Shown in pieces: positions 51,501-62,497 of a stretch of DNA of 64,000 nucleotides (its first letter is position 1; each line of letters begins with the position of its first letter). The translations under genes and the position numbers were made by a program. The notes beneath the pieces were generated by a model. The model ran no database searches. It had not been told where the DNA came from and saw only the letters and a list, made by a program, of their open reading frames with translations. The stretch is from Dipteris shenzhenensis. Lineage: Eukaryota. The stretch lies in the NCBI GenBank assembly GCA_047967505.1, contig CM106538.1, one strand, 5' to 3'.

Positions 51501-54475
51501 CCCAACCTGCAATGCCACAAAGAAGTGCTTGGCTGCTCGGTTATTGCAACAACATGATCAAATACCCCTGATACATGTAAGGGATACAAAGTCCCACACT
51601 TGGCACCCCTGGCCAAAAGCATAGAGCCCTTCTGAATTTTCCAACTCTGAAAGCCAAAAGTGGTGTGAAAACCAGCATCATCTAGCTGACCCACTGAAAT
51701 AAGACTCTTGGTCAACTTAGGCACATGTCTCACATGTTTCAAAACAAATGCAGACCCATTTGCAAAAGAAAACTTTATGTCACCTGCTCCCACTATGTCA
51801 CATGCATAGTTATTTCCAAGATGCACACAACCTGTCTTTCCACTATCATAAGTGGAGAACCATTCCCTATGGGGAGTAACATGGAATGAAGCACCAGAAT
51901 CCAAAATCCAATCTTGGGAATATGCATCATCTGAAGTGGTAAGCAACTCTGTAGATAAACTAGACATAAAGAGAACATCATTGTCACTATCACGTGTGAC
52001 TGCATTGATCTCCTCGATCTTCACTTTTCCTTTGTCCTCCCTTGGACTCTCTTCCTTTTGATTTGCACCCCAATTTGCATTCTTTTTCTTATCCTTTTGC
52101 TCTCTTTTCAGCTTGTAGCAATCCTTTTTCATATGGCCCTTCTTGCCACAGTGGTGACACTCAATGTTCCGTGCCCTGGATTTGCTACGAGACTTCCCTC
52201 TTTCTTGGGACTTCCCCCTGAACTGTGATCTGCCCCTTTGCACATTTAAGGCTGCATCTTGCTTGTTGCCATCCATAGACTTCCGTCTAATCTCCTCGGC
52301 CAACAAGCTACCCACAACATCATCAAATTTCAGTACTCCACCAGGTGCAGAGTTACTGACAGCTGTACAGAAGGTATCCCATGAGGATGGCAATGAACAT
52401 AAGAGAAATATTGCCTTAGTCTCCGCATCAAAATTCATTTTCTGAGCCTGAAGCTGGCTGAAAATAATATTGAATTCATTCAAGTGAGAAGCAATGGAGA
52501 CCCCTTCCTTCATCTGTAGCTCAAACAACCTCTTCATGAGGTAAACTTTATTAGAGGCAGTTTCCTTTTCATAAGTGGCACACAGTTTCTTCCACAAATC
52601 TTCCGTAGTCTGCTCATTTACTACTGTGAAATAAACTGACTCTGCAAGATGAAGTCTAATAGTAGACTTTGCTAATGCATCCAACTCATTCCAATCATCC
52701 TCAGACATATTTGCAGGCTTAGCTTCAATACCTGCCAAGGGTTTAATCTGCTTCTTTTGAATAAGCACATCCCTTATCTGTTCTTTCCACAAAGAAAAGT
52801 TTGTCCCATCAAACTTTTTAATGCTGAAAAACTCCTTTTCAGGCATGGAAGAGGATGCCATGATGCAAATAAAGCAAAATCCCAAATGCTAGTGCCTGCA
52901 AGAGAGAATCACACCAAATACCAAGTGCACCCAAATGTGTATGCCACAATAGAGTGAAATATTACCAAAAGCTCAAAGCTCAAAACATCTAAAGATGCAT
53001 CTGACTCATGTGCATATACTATGCATCCATATGAGCAAATCTGGCCCAAAAGAAAATGCCAATAAGTGCCAAATGACTCAAGCATAAACACCGTCCACTG
53101 GCATATGCATCAATAATGTCTCATCCAAGAGAGCATAGCACTATCAACGCATCACCTGCAATGTTTCAAAGCTATCCCTCAGCTTAAAATAGCATCCATG
53201 TGCAAAACGTCCATAAAAAATAGCATCCCATAAGGCAATTTGGGCCTATCAGCGCATCCAACAAGGACCGCAATGCATCCAAATGGCCTATAAATCATCC
53301 ACTGCAACCCAATGCATACCACGAATGAGCGCACAACACTGCTCAAACTGCAACCAGAGTGATCTGCATAAGGTATGCTCAAGAAATCATAGTCCCACGG
53401 TAATGAGTGCTACTGAAAATAGAACCTGAGATGCCTCAAAACATGGGCGCCATTGCATAATCAGAATCAGCAAGAAAATCTGCAAATATCTCTCTTCTGC
53501 CAGAACTCCAAAATCCCAACCGATGAGTGAGAAATGGGAGTCAACACTTATCCACTACCATGTGGCATAAATCTAAGGTTTCAAAACCTTAGAATGAAAA
53601 ATGCATAACAGAGAGACGAAATCGAATACACAGAGATTTATAACTCTGAAAATCCTTCACCAAATCGTGCAAGAACTGATAGGTAGGGGTTTTTGGGCGT
53701 CCGGAATGCAATGGGACAGACGGTTTTGGAAACCGTGGTCTCAATCACTGGGTCCAACACACGGACTGAAAAACGTTTTTTGAAACAGAGCTATCTGTAA
53801 ACTCCACCGGAGTGCGAATGATGAGCAACATAGAAGTTTTAGGACCTCCTAAGTCCACCGAACTGACAGATCTACAAATGGTTGCTCCAAACTTGAGTTC
53901 CAACACCCGGGCAAAAAACGCAGGAACTGACACAGTGAGTCAGAAATCCAATGGAATGATCCCAGATTCAAGAATGAAGGTGTTTCCAAGCTCCTGAAGT
54001 GAAGTGGATACCAAAAGCAAGCAATAGTTGCCTCTACAAGTCAATACGGAGTCTCTGTCATCGAACGGAGCAGGGAAAAGCTCAAAAAACGACTTTTTCT
54101 TTGAAAGCTCTTAACAGGCTCTCAAAACCACTTCGCAAAGCCAAAGTGACTTTTCCAAAGGTTCCTCCAAGGTCTCTGCACACTCGGATGCAAGTAAAGT
54201 CATCCACAAAGCTTCCCACAGAGCTTCTCCTTCCTCCCACAGAGCTGCTGAGCTTCAAAGCATTCACGCACGCTCAGCTAGATCACCCGGGCTCTGATAC
54301 CAGTTGAGAGTGCTCTCAACGGAAGCAAGAATGGAAGAAGGAGAGAGAGAGACAGAGAGCCACACAAGTTTTGGTGGGTGCAGAACCACCCTAATCTTCT
54401 TTTTCATTCATTTATATATGTGTTTGAGTATTGTACATAACTGGGGTTAAGGCACAGTGACCTTTAACCCCCACA
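48573..54475 (-). mobile_element. Full-length intact Ty1/copia (Tork/Tnt1-like), copy B
   Basis: 171-bp LTRs at 48573-48743 and 54305-54475 that appear identical, TSD ACATG, PBS complement at 54291-54302, PPT complement at 48745-48754. Confidence 0.98.
48797..52861 (-). CDS. Intact Copia gag-pol polyprotein (~1354 aa)
   Basis: Uninterrupted ORF with gag, CCHC, DSGAS, HHCC/DDE integrase, YVDD and RNase H ADMLTK. The first ATG (MASSS) is at 52861. Confidence 0.96.
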   Translation of the reverse strand: MASSSMPEKEFFSIKKFDGTNFSLWKEQIRDVLIQKKQIKPLAGIEAKPANMSEDDWNELDALAKSTIRLHLAESVYFTVVNEQTTEDLWKKLCATYEKETASNKVYLMKRLFELQMKEGVSIASHLNEFNIIFSQLQAQKMNFDAETKAIFLLCSLPSSWDTFCTAVSNSAPGGVLKFDDVVGSLLAEEIRRKSMDGNKQDAALNVQRGRSQFRGKSQERGKSRSKSRARNIECHHCGKKGHMKKDCYKLKREQKDKKKNANWGANQKEESPREDKGKVKIEEINAVTRDSDNDVLFMSSLSTELLTTSDDAYSQDWILDSGASFHVTPHREWFSTYDSGKTGCVHLGNNYACDIVGAGDIKFSFANGSAFVLKHVRHVPKLTKSLISVGQLDDAGFHTTFGFQSWKIQKGSMLLARGAKCGTLYPLHVSGVFDHVVAITEQPSTSLWHCRLGHMSQNGMKLLCRLGYVPHLSFSDFEFCEHCLYGKQTKSAHKRRGKKEFEMLDLVHSDVCGPMPTRSLGGAEYYVTFIDDATRKVWAYAIAQKSDVFQVFQKWLALVENQSGRMLKCLRTDNGGEYVSHDFQHFCDTRGIKRELTSPRTPEQNPVAEKMNHTIQERLQCMLSNASLSGGFWAEAMKTAVHVINRSPSKSLDGGIPEEAWSGKKPSYSHLRIFGCEAYAHVPKELRKKLDPKSRKCIFLGYGESGEMGYRLWDPEAKKIIRSHDVVFNEKKMHKAPMRDVEMRRITFQDVNPPAYVDRQQAVHAPNVQEMVPPSTPTGIQSRVDDGSSIGGNDELNVADMQVGQQAEMPLRRSSRVSRPPDRFVPGVDYVMLTDCGEPSCYKEAMMHEDQCKWEYAMQSEMSSLMKNKTWDLVSLPHGKKALPCKWVYKMKVTGDDVPRYKARLVAKGFKQEKGVDFDEIFSPVVKMTTLRCILRLVAVEDMELMQMDVKTAFLHGDLHEEIYMVQQEGFEEKGKEHLVCKLKKSLYGLKQAPREWYQKFDAFIRSQGFRRSEIDHCLYTKRAKDSSLIILALYVDDMLLASKNTYELDALKAKLHEAFDMKDLGFAGHILGMRITRDRSRKLLWLSQKEYVTKVLQRFNMEGGKAVSTPLPPYVKLSHTDSPKSDEERAMMAKVPYASAVGSLMYAMIATRPDIAFAVAVVSRYMANPGKRHWEAVKCIMRYMKGTKEMCICFGKGDMRVLGYTDSDYAGHVDSRRSTSGYVFTFAGGAVSWMSRAQKCIALSTTEAEYVAATEGCKEAIWLDRLVGNLGIHTGVPTLHSDSMSAIQLARNPVFHAKTKHIEVRYHFIREVLEDKRIELVKVHTDDNPADMLTKSLPSQRFEYCRVLMGIG

Positions 54476-55905
54476 ACATGCAACCAAGTAATCATTCTAA
54501 AGTACACTATGTGAGCTTCTCCTTAGCCCAAGGACACACCTAAAGGAGATAATTATGCAGGGGTTAATGGGCCTCCAATGTTGTGCTAAATTGATGCATA
54601 CCCATTTGAGGGGCACGCTCCATAACTTTTTTTATTGTTGAAAACTAAAACTGATTGAAAATTTGGAATCCAAACTATTGGGACTAGTGCATGGTGGTCT
54701 TAAAACATTGATAGTTGTTGGTATTGGTATCTAGATTCACCCTAAAATGGAAGAAGTTGGAAAAGTGCAATTTGTGCATGTGCAAAGATATTTTAATAAA
54801 TCCAACACTATTTACAAATTTTAATTGTTTCTTTTTCCATGCATTGCTTGCTATATGGTTCATAAGCATGGCAAAGGTCATTGCATTTAATAATAGACAT
54901 CATTAAACCTGATAGCATGCCCTTTGGCCTATTTGTGTTTTGAAGCATTTTAGGCCACATTGCACTTGTTTGGGATATCCAAGTCTGGTGATGTGTATCG
55001 CTGAAGGTGGGAAAAACCGACAATTAAAATTTTGCTACTCCCACGAATTTTCAATTTTCACACCTCCCGCCCATCAAATCTTGGAAGATTAAGGACGTGC
55101 AACCTACCCCCGTGCCCTGCAACCCACATGCACCTCGACATGACCTTGTGCAAACTTTCATTTTCCATTGTCTTCTTTCGGGTCAGTTTTCTTTTCTTTG
55201 GTTGCCTCACCAGTTGGCTTCTATGGGTCTATTCTGGACTGATCGTGGTCATGGCGTCAATGGCAACATGCAGCTCGCCATGGCTTGCAAGAGAAGAAGA
55301 CATCAGCTGCAAGACATGAAAGCCAAAAAGCTAGGTCAAGGCATAAGGAACACATTGCAGGTCGAGAAAAGCATTGGCACAGTATCGAATCAACAATAGA
55401 AGACACTTTTGCAACATCTACAAAGGGAGCAACAACGAGAAGAAATAAGACTCCTTGTAGACCAGCACACAGAAGCGGTTGCAGATGCATGCATTTTATC
55501 ATTTCAATCAGAGCGAAGAACACAAGCTGTGGTGTCATGATTGGTGGGAGCATTTGAGGCAGTAACATCAGGCCATTCAAGTGATTACCAATCTCAAGTC
55601 TTCACAAGCTTTAGCCTGCACCCTAAAGTTCATAGAGTAACAACCCTACCAACACCTCAGAAGATGCACACCCAAGAGGTGATGCTCTCTAACCTGAGAA
55701 GTCACCTATAGAAAGTGAAAGGGGTGCATAGCTTAGATCAACTAGCTGCAAAGAGGGTGACATTAGCTATGTTGGTGTCCCTTGAAACAAAGGAGAAACA
55801 GCTTGGGCGCACAATAGAATAGACATCTATAAGAAGCGGATGAGATGCAAGGTGTTTGAGGAGCACATCGTACACATGCTAAATACAACATAGGTCAATG
55901 GTGCC

Positions 55906-57310
55906 TAAACTAGCCCGGTGGTTATTTGTGATTGAGCTTTGGGATAGTTTACTTGTTTAATTTCTTAAACTAGGCTTGGACTAAATGTGATTTTTCTAAA
56001 CTAGCCTGGTGGTTGGAACATGTTGATTCAGCTCAATCGCCAGTTATGTGATTGTCATGAACCAATGTGGTTGAGCAGATATTAGTTGTTGTCCAGCCCG
56101 GTGGCATGGTTGAGCAAAAATTAACAACAATATATTTCACAACATATATTGTTATTTTACTAAACTAGCCCGATGGTTGTTTGTGATTGAGCTTTGGGAT
56201 AGTTTACTTGTTTAATTTCTTAAACCAGGCTTGGACTAAATGTGATTGTCCTAAACCACCCTGATGGTTGGAACATCATGCAACCATAGGCTGGTTTAGC
56301 TCAATCGCCAGTTATGTGATTATCCTGAACCAGCATGGTTGAACATACGGTTGTTGTCCTTCCCAGTGGCATGATTGGGAAAAAATTAATAGCAATATAT
56401 TGTTACTTTCCTAAGATTTGGGATAGTTTACTTGTTTCATTTCTTAAACCAGGCTTGGACTAAGCATGATTGTCCTAAACCACCCCGGTGGTTGGGACAT
56501 CATGCAACCGTAGGCATGCAACCGTAGGCTGGTTCAGCTCAATCACCAGTTATGTGATTATCCTGAACCAGCGTGGTTGAATAGACATTAGTTGTTGTCC
56601 TTCCCGATGGCATGGTTGAGCAAAAATTAACACCAATATATTTTGCAATATATTGTTACTTTACTAAATTAGCTCGATGGTTGTGTGTGAGCTTTGGGAT
56701 AGTTTACTTGTTTCATTTCTCAAACCAGGCTTGGACTAAATGTGATCGTCCTAAACCACCCCGGTGGTTGGAACATCATGCAACCATAGGCTGGTTCAGC
56801 TCAATCACCAATTATGTGATTATCCTGAACCAGCGTGGTTGAACAGACATTTGTTGTTGTCCTTACTAGTGGCATGGTTGAGCAAAAATAAACGATATAT
56901 TTCGCAATATATTGTTACTTTACTAGACTAGCCCTGTGGTTGTTTGTGATTGAGCTTTGGGATTATTTACTTATTTCATTTCTTAAACCAGGCTTGGACT
57001 AAATGTGATTGTTCTAAACCACCCAATGGTTGAAACATCATGCAATTGTAGGCTGGTTCAGCTCAATCACCAATTATGTGATTTTTCTGAACCAGCATGG
57101 TTGAACAGACATTAGTTTTTGTCTAGCCCAGTGGCATGGTTGAGCAAAAATTAACAGCAATATATTTTGCAATATATTGTTATTTTACTAAACTAGCCCA
57201 ATGGTTGGAACATCATGCAATTGTGGCTGCTTCAGCTCAATTACCAGTTATGTGATTGTCATGAACCAGTGTGGTTGAACAAACATTAGTTATTGACCAG
57301 CCTGGTGGTT
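55906..57310. repeat. ~250-270-bp tandem array, about 5.5 units
   Basis: TTTGGGAT(A/T)(G/A)TTTACTT at ~55938, 56193, 56417, 56693 and 56956. Each unit carries several AACCA..TGGTT palindromes. Confidence 0.92.
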
Positions 57311-57734
57311 GAAATTATTGTGTTTCTTAGTACTTAAATTCGTTAAATTTAATTTCCTACTATTCGGATCATATACCACTGTTAAATTGTGCAATTCAGA
57401 AATGAAAAGCAATATATTGTTATTTTGTAATGGTGAAATTCAGAAATGAAAAGAATATACTTACTATTGTCTAATATGTGAAGCTGAGACCGTAAAGCTA
57501 AACCATCTCAGTGGTTGAAATTGTGACAGTGTCCTAAATCATCCCAGTGGTTGAAATTGTGACTGTCCTAATGTGTCATAAACCAGCTCAGTGATTGACT
57601 GTCCTAAACCAGCTCGAGCCAACCTATGATTTGCATGGGATGTGGGCAAAGAAGCGGCAAAAGGTTGCATGATGACACGTGGTCAGGCGAGAGACTGTGC
57701 TATGATGGCGGTATTCAGAGTGATAGATTGTGTG

Positions 57735-58830
57735 AGAGGTTGATTGTAATCCATGTTACAGCATCATGGGCATCATTGAGTTTTTCTTGAGGGCATTCTA
57801 ATTGGTGTTTAAATAGAGCTTGCTTAATAACATCACCGCATCCATCATGTTCACCCTTGCCATGGCTAGACCCAAAGAAATTCCACATCATGTCTAGACC
57901 GATCAGGGATTTGAACCTTGAGACGAAGTAGAATCCACATGCTGATTTAAATTGAGACGCAACACCATTTGACCACACCCAATGTTGTTTTATATTTTCT
58001 ACATGGGGATTTTCCTTTTTCATCCATTCCAATGCAGTAGAAAAGCATGCTGCACAATGAGGGTGTCATGTTCCCTATCATCTGAAATGTAGAAATAATA
58101 CATGCATTGCACTGACCTGGACTCTTATGAGTTAGCAAGTAGACTGGCATCAAGCCTAGAGGAATCAGGCAAATGACTGTACGTTATATGCACAAGAATT
58201 GTTATCTACTTGTTGTACCAGTGAGCACGTTGTATCTCACCTTGTTCTTGAAAATAATAATTTTTTGCAAAATCTATGATAGATACAATAGTGTCACGGG
58301 GAAAATTCTCAAGGCATGTACTGAGCTACTTATCCTGCTAGTTAGCCATGAAACTGTGAAGCACATATTTTGGGATGGATAGAACCGTGTGACCTATATA
58401 CAAGCTCCCTTGGTTCGGTGCTCTTATATGACACATCCATCTTTTTTTATCGGATCCTTCAACATTGACATTTTCAAATCTCCTCCATTTTAGAGCATGG
58501 TTGTCTTCCCTCATTTCATTTGGATAGACATTAAATGTCTTCTTCTTTGGCTTCAAATTGCAACACTTGCATGTGCCACGAATGCATTCAATCATGTGCC
58601 ACCCACGGTCTCCCTTTGGATAAAACCACTGGCTCCCACAAAGACCTTAGGCTACAAAACCTACCCTCCCTTGCAACACAGGATGAGGATCCAGGTGGCT
58701 ACAGACTGTGCATTCATTGGGGAGGCATCCCTATGGAGCAATGCTCCGACACGACCATATCTCAAGTCATTCATAGCTTATCGATGCAGGTCAAAGTCTA
58801 TGTGTGTTTTGCAACAACAAACATGTAAGA
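57735..58830 (-). pseudogene. Sola2-like DDD transposase remnant
   Basis: VCCCKTH, CIRGTCKCC, IIDFAKNY..EIQRAHW..ITILVH, YISDDREHD, WVWSNGVASQFKS, WNFFGSSHGKGEHDGCG. Superfamily name is from recalled motifs. Confidence 0.75.
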
Positions 58831-58833
58831 AGT

Positions 58834-61800
58834 GCAAAATGGAGCAACTAACCTATGGTCACCGTTCGGCCCAGAGCCACATCCGGGATCATCTGAGGCT
58901 CCGAACGAACCCCGCAACCCCAGAGTGAGCTGCCCTAGGAAATGCTCCATCTACCCTTAGTGCAGTCAATCATGGGATGCCTTCCCGCACTTGCATGTAG
59001 CCTAGTTGGTGGTCTACCAACTCTATCTAAAGCCGTCCAGCCATCAGGCCACACATGGCCCCCATCTGGTGTCCAAACCGAGCTACTCAAATGCCTTCTC
59101 CTCATATGGGGGGCTTACAAGTAGAGTTAGCTGGTTCCTGCGTAGTTACACGAGAGTGTCTCCATTCGTGGCCCAGAGCTATCTAGGATCCTCTGAGGCT
59201 CCAAACGGGCCCCACAACCCAAGAGTGGGCTACCGCGGGAAATGCTCCATCTACCCTTAGTGCGGTCAGTCATGGGATGCCTTCCCGCACTTGCATGTAG
59301 CCTAGTTGGCGGTGTGCCAACTCTATCTAAAGCCGTCTAGCCATCAGGCCACACATGGCCCCCATCTGGTGTCCAAAACAGGACCTACCGGATAACCGAG
59401 CTACTCAAATGCCTTCTCCTCATATGGGGGGCTTACAAGTAGAGTTGACTCTACCGACTTATACGCCCATAGTATCTTCTCCTTTTGTTGGGATTCCTCT
59501 TCGTCCTGCTCTTTGTGCTCTATACATCTTCGAGCCTCTTTCATGTCCTGCCAAAAGAAACCTACATCATGAGCTTGACAAGTACCTTAAAGGAGCAGAA
59601 AAAACAATAGCCAGGGAAATTAATAATCACTGTCTATGCTGACTCCTAGTAATACACCCACCACTGAAGCATGTTCTCCTTGCAGCTATTTTCCTCCTCC
59701 TCCTCCGGGTCTATTTCTGTGAGGATGCCATACAACATCATTTTCAAATAGAACAAAAGCATTCCAAAGTCTTTTAGGTATGCCATAAATTCGTAGTAGG
59801 TGGATCAGTGTACAGAGTTTTGAGGCTAGATTTCATAATGGGCTCTTAGTTGTGTCTGCACTGGACTTAAATAGGGAGAAAGTTCATTGAGCCCCCGACC
59901 TTCTCATTTTTTAGTCTCATGTTAGTTGTCTAATTAAATCTTTCATCTCACATTAGTTGTCTAATTGAAATCTTTTGTGGTACAATAGTTCACTAATCAA
60001 AATCTTTTAGTCTCACATTAGAGATCTAATCAAAATCTTTTGTCTTACATTACGTGTCGAAATTAAAATCTTTCATCTCATTATTATCATCGTGTTGGCG
60101 TGGATCAAAGGACACTACCTAGTCACTTAGCTCAAAAAACATTTCCCAAGTAAACTCTGGAGAAGATTAACAATTCAATAGATTACACACAGATTACATA
60201 GATTACAATCTCAAAGACTCCTTCCCTTCATGTCGCTTCCTCTCTCCTTGATTTGAGCTTCCTCGTTGCAGGCTCGGCCCTTTTTTCTCCTTTCTAGAAG
60301 GGGGCTAGTTCCTCCCTTAGGCTCCTTTTCCTCGCAATCAGGTTCTCTTGGCCTTCTTCAATTTGAGCTCCTTATCTTTAAGATCTTTTGCCCAAATGGC
60401 AAATTGAGGTGCAGCATCTACTTTCTTGTCGTAGATAGCTGTAGCAAGCAGGCATATTTGATCTATCCATGACCTGGGCAATGGCAAATGGCATTCTCTA
60501 CATAGCGATTTTGTATGCACCCACACTCCAAAGAAAAAAATGTGCATAAGGTGGTAGCATGCAGGCCATCGGATAGAGCAATCATCTATGATGGGGGTAT
60601 GTCAAACCATGCATTTCAGACCCTGCTGCATAGTAGGATAGGCATCCGATTAAACTATTGCAGGCGTCATACCACAGTCTTACTCTATACATGATGAAGT
60701 TACTTCTTGATTCCTTCCTCCCTCATCCTAAGGCTGCAGATGTTCTTCATCTCCTCCACTTTTTACTCACTATATGCAACAACTGCATCGGAATCCCTCA
60801 GCATCTGTTGAACTTTTGTAAATTCCTGAAAAACTTCTTCAGGGGCAGTTTCCAAGACTTCCACTCTAGTTTGGACATCTCGCAGAGCGAGGGACTGCTT
60901 TTCATAATTGTCAAAAGCCATGGCAAGCTTGTGCAAACATCTATCGTGATCTTCTTGGTATTGTAGGTTGTTCTTTGGACTTCCAACAGTATTTTGAAAC
61001 AAAAACCCTCACTGTGGTGGCTGCTACAAAGTTCTCCATCACGATGGCTGGAACTTACTTCAGCATGGTGGCTGCTCTCTGCATCCTTTTTGGCTTAGGG
61101 AGCTGCCTTGTTGTCTTCTCCACACCAACTACTCTTTGCCCCATCCTTCCTGGCCTCGAAGCTCTCTCGTAGTTCCTGCATCACCTTTTGGGTTTTTGGA
61201 TTCTCCCTTTTCAGCTCCTCCACCATATGGTCTTTTTCAATATTCAATGAGTTTCGCATGTTATAGAGCCATTTGTAAAGACCCTCCTTTTCAGCTCTCT
61301 GATCTTCAAGGTCCTTTCGCATCTTTTCTAGCTCCTTGTCTGCCATGTCCCCATCATTTCTACATTGCTCCCCTACTCATCTTCTACTCACCCACTCATC
61401 TTCAGCATGCCTAGTTGGCCCCCCCCTCGATGCTCTGTGATTCCAATAATATCTGCCTTCACATATAAGGTCATTGCATTGCACTCGCATGGAATAGAAA
61501 TGGTCGCACTAGTGGAGACTCTTCGTTCCCGTAAGCGACTCCCCATACATCTGAATGTCATCACCTTGGATAACATGTTCACAGAAGGCCTCTTTGTGGC
61601 TATGCTATATGGGTTCCCCCTAGATGTCAATGAAGCCCTCAATATATTTAGAGTAGAGTACTCTCGACAAACTGGGGGGGTGATTAATTGAGTCCTGGCA
61701 ATGTGCATGGTCTTCAGCCTCTCCATCGTATCCTCCTTTGGCTCCCACAAGCTAGACTGGCTAAAAACTAAGTTGTACAAATTCCTCATTGTATGTAATG

Positions 61801-62406
61801 TTTTGGTCTCTAAGAGACTAAGGCAGTTATGTGATCTCCTTTTGTTCAATTTGAGGTTCTAATCCTGCACTATTGTTAACTTTTATATTTGTATTTGAAT
61901 GGTTATGGTCGCTACCTATAATCTTTTGTTTAAAGCTCTTAGCAATTGCTGAGTTTTTATAAATGTAAGATCCTCTGTTCAATTTTTGCTCGGTATAAGT
62001 TGATAATTTTTATATAACCTGTTATTGGACATAAATGTACATTGTAATCTCTTTTGCTTAATTTTTACTCGATATACTGTACTTTTTTCATCATTTATAT
62101 TTATTGCAACAAGGAATAAATACCAAGAAAGAAGGACCATAATTTCCTTGTTTTATGACCAAAATAGCGCTAAAATAACTCCAACGACCCCACCATTGTG
62201 GTTGCATGGAGATACATATAGAAAATACAATTAAACTTTCAAAAAGTGCAATTGACGATATGGCTCCCCTTTACGTGCAAGGGCCATATCGACATGCCAT
62301 TTCAATCTAGTGGCATCCTGGATATTGTATAATGCACGTAGATATTGCCCTTGGCCCTAAAGGGGACCCCTCAAGGGCCATATCATCAATTGAATTTTGC
62401 TTGGTT
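58834..62406 (-). mobile_element. Unclassified ~3.5-kb repeated module, copy 2 (uninterrupted)
   Basis: Reverse complement of 21365-22088 plus 28012-30880. Shows the empty Copia site (single TTAAT) at ~61683-61687. Confidence 0.85.
60210..61346 (-). pseudogene. Coiled-coil + RING-H2-like protein, copy 2 (decayed)
   Basis: RING-like region at 60491-60613 reads in a single frame but has TGA at the second Cys. Confidence 0.7.
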
Positions 62407-62411
62407 CACAG

Positions 62412-62497
62412 ACCTGCCCTGCCACCTCAACCTTGGGTCCTTGCTACTTCATATTATATTCTACTAATGCCACACACACATTTTCACTTCTACTTAT
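62412..62497 (-). repeat. Short fragment related to the gypsy LTR
   Basis: Reverse complement resembles 18710-18770 (GGTTGAGGTGGCAGGGCA). Confidence 0.5.

Noticed and set aside
55032-55580. Several overlapping ~100-aa ORFs
   Set aside because: No recognisable motifs, so no product can be assigned.
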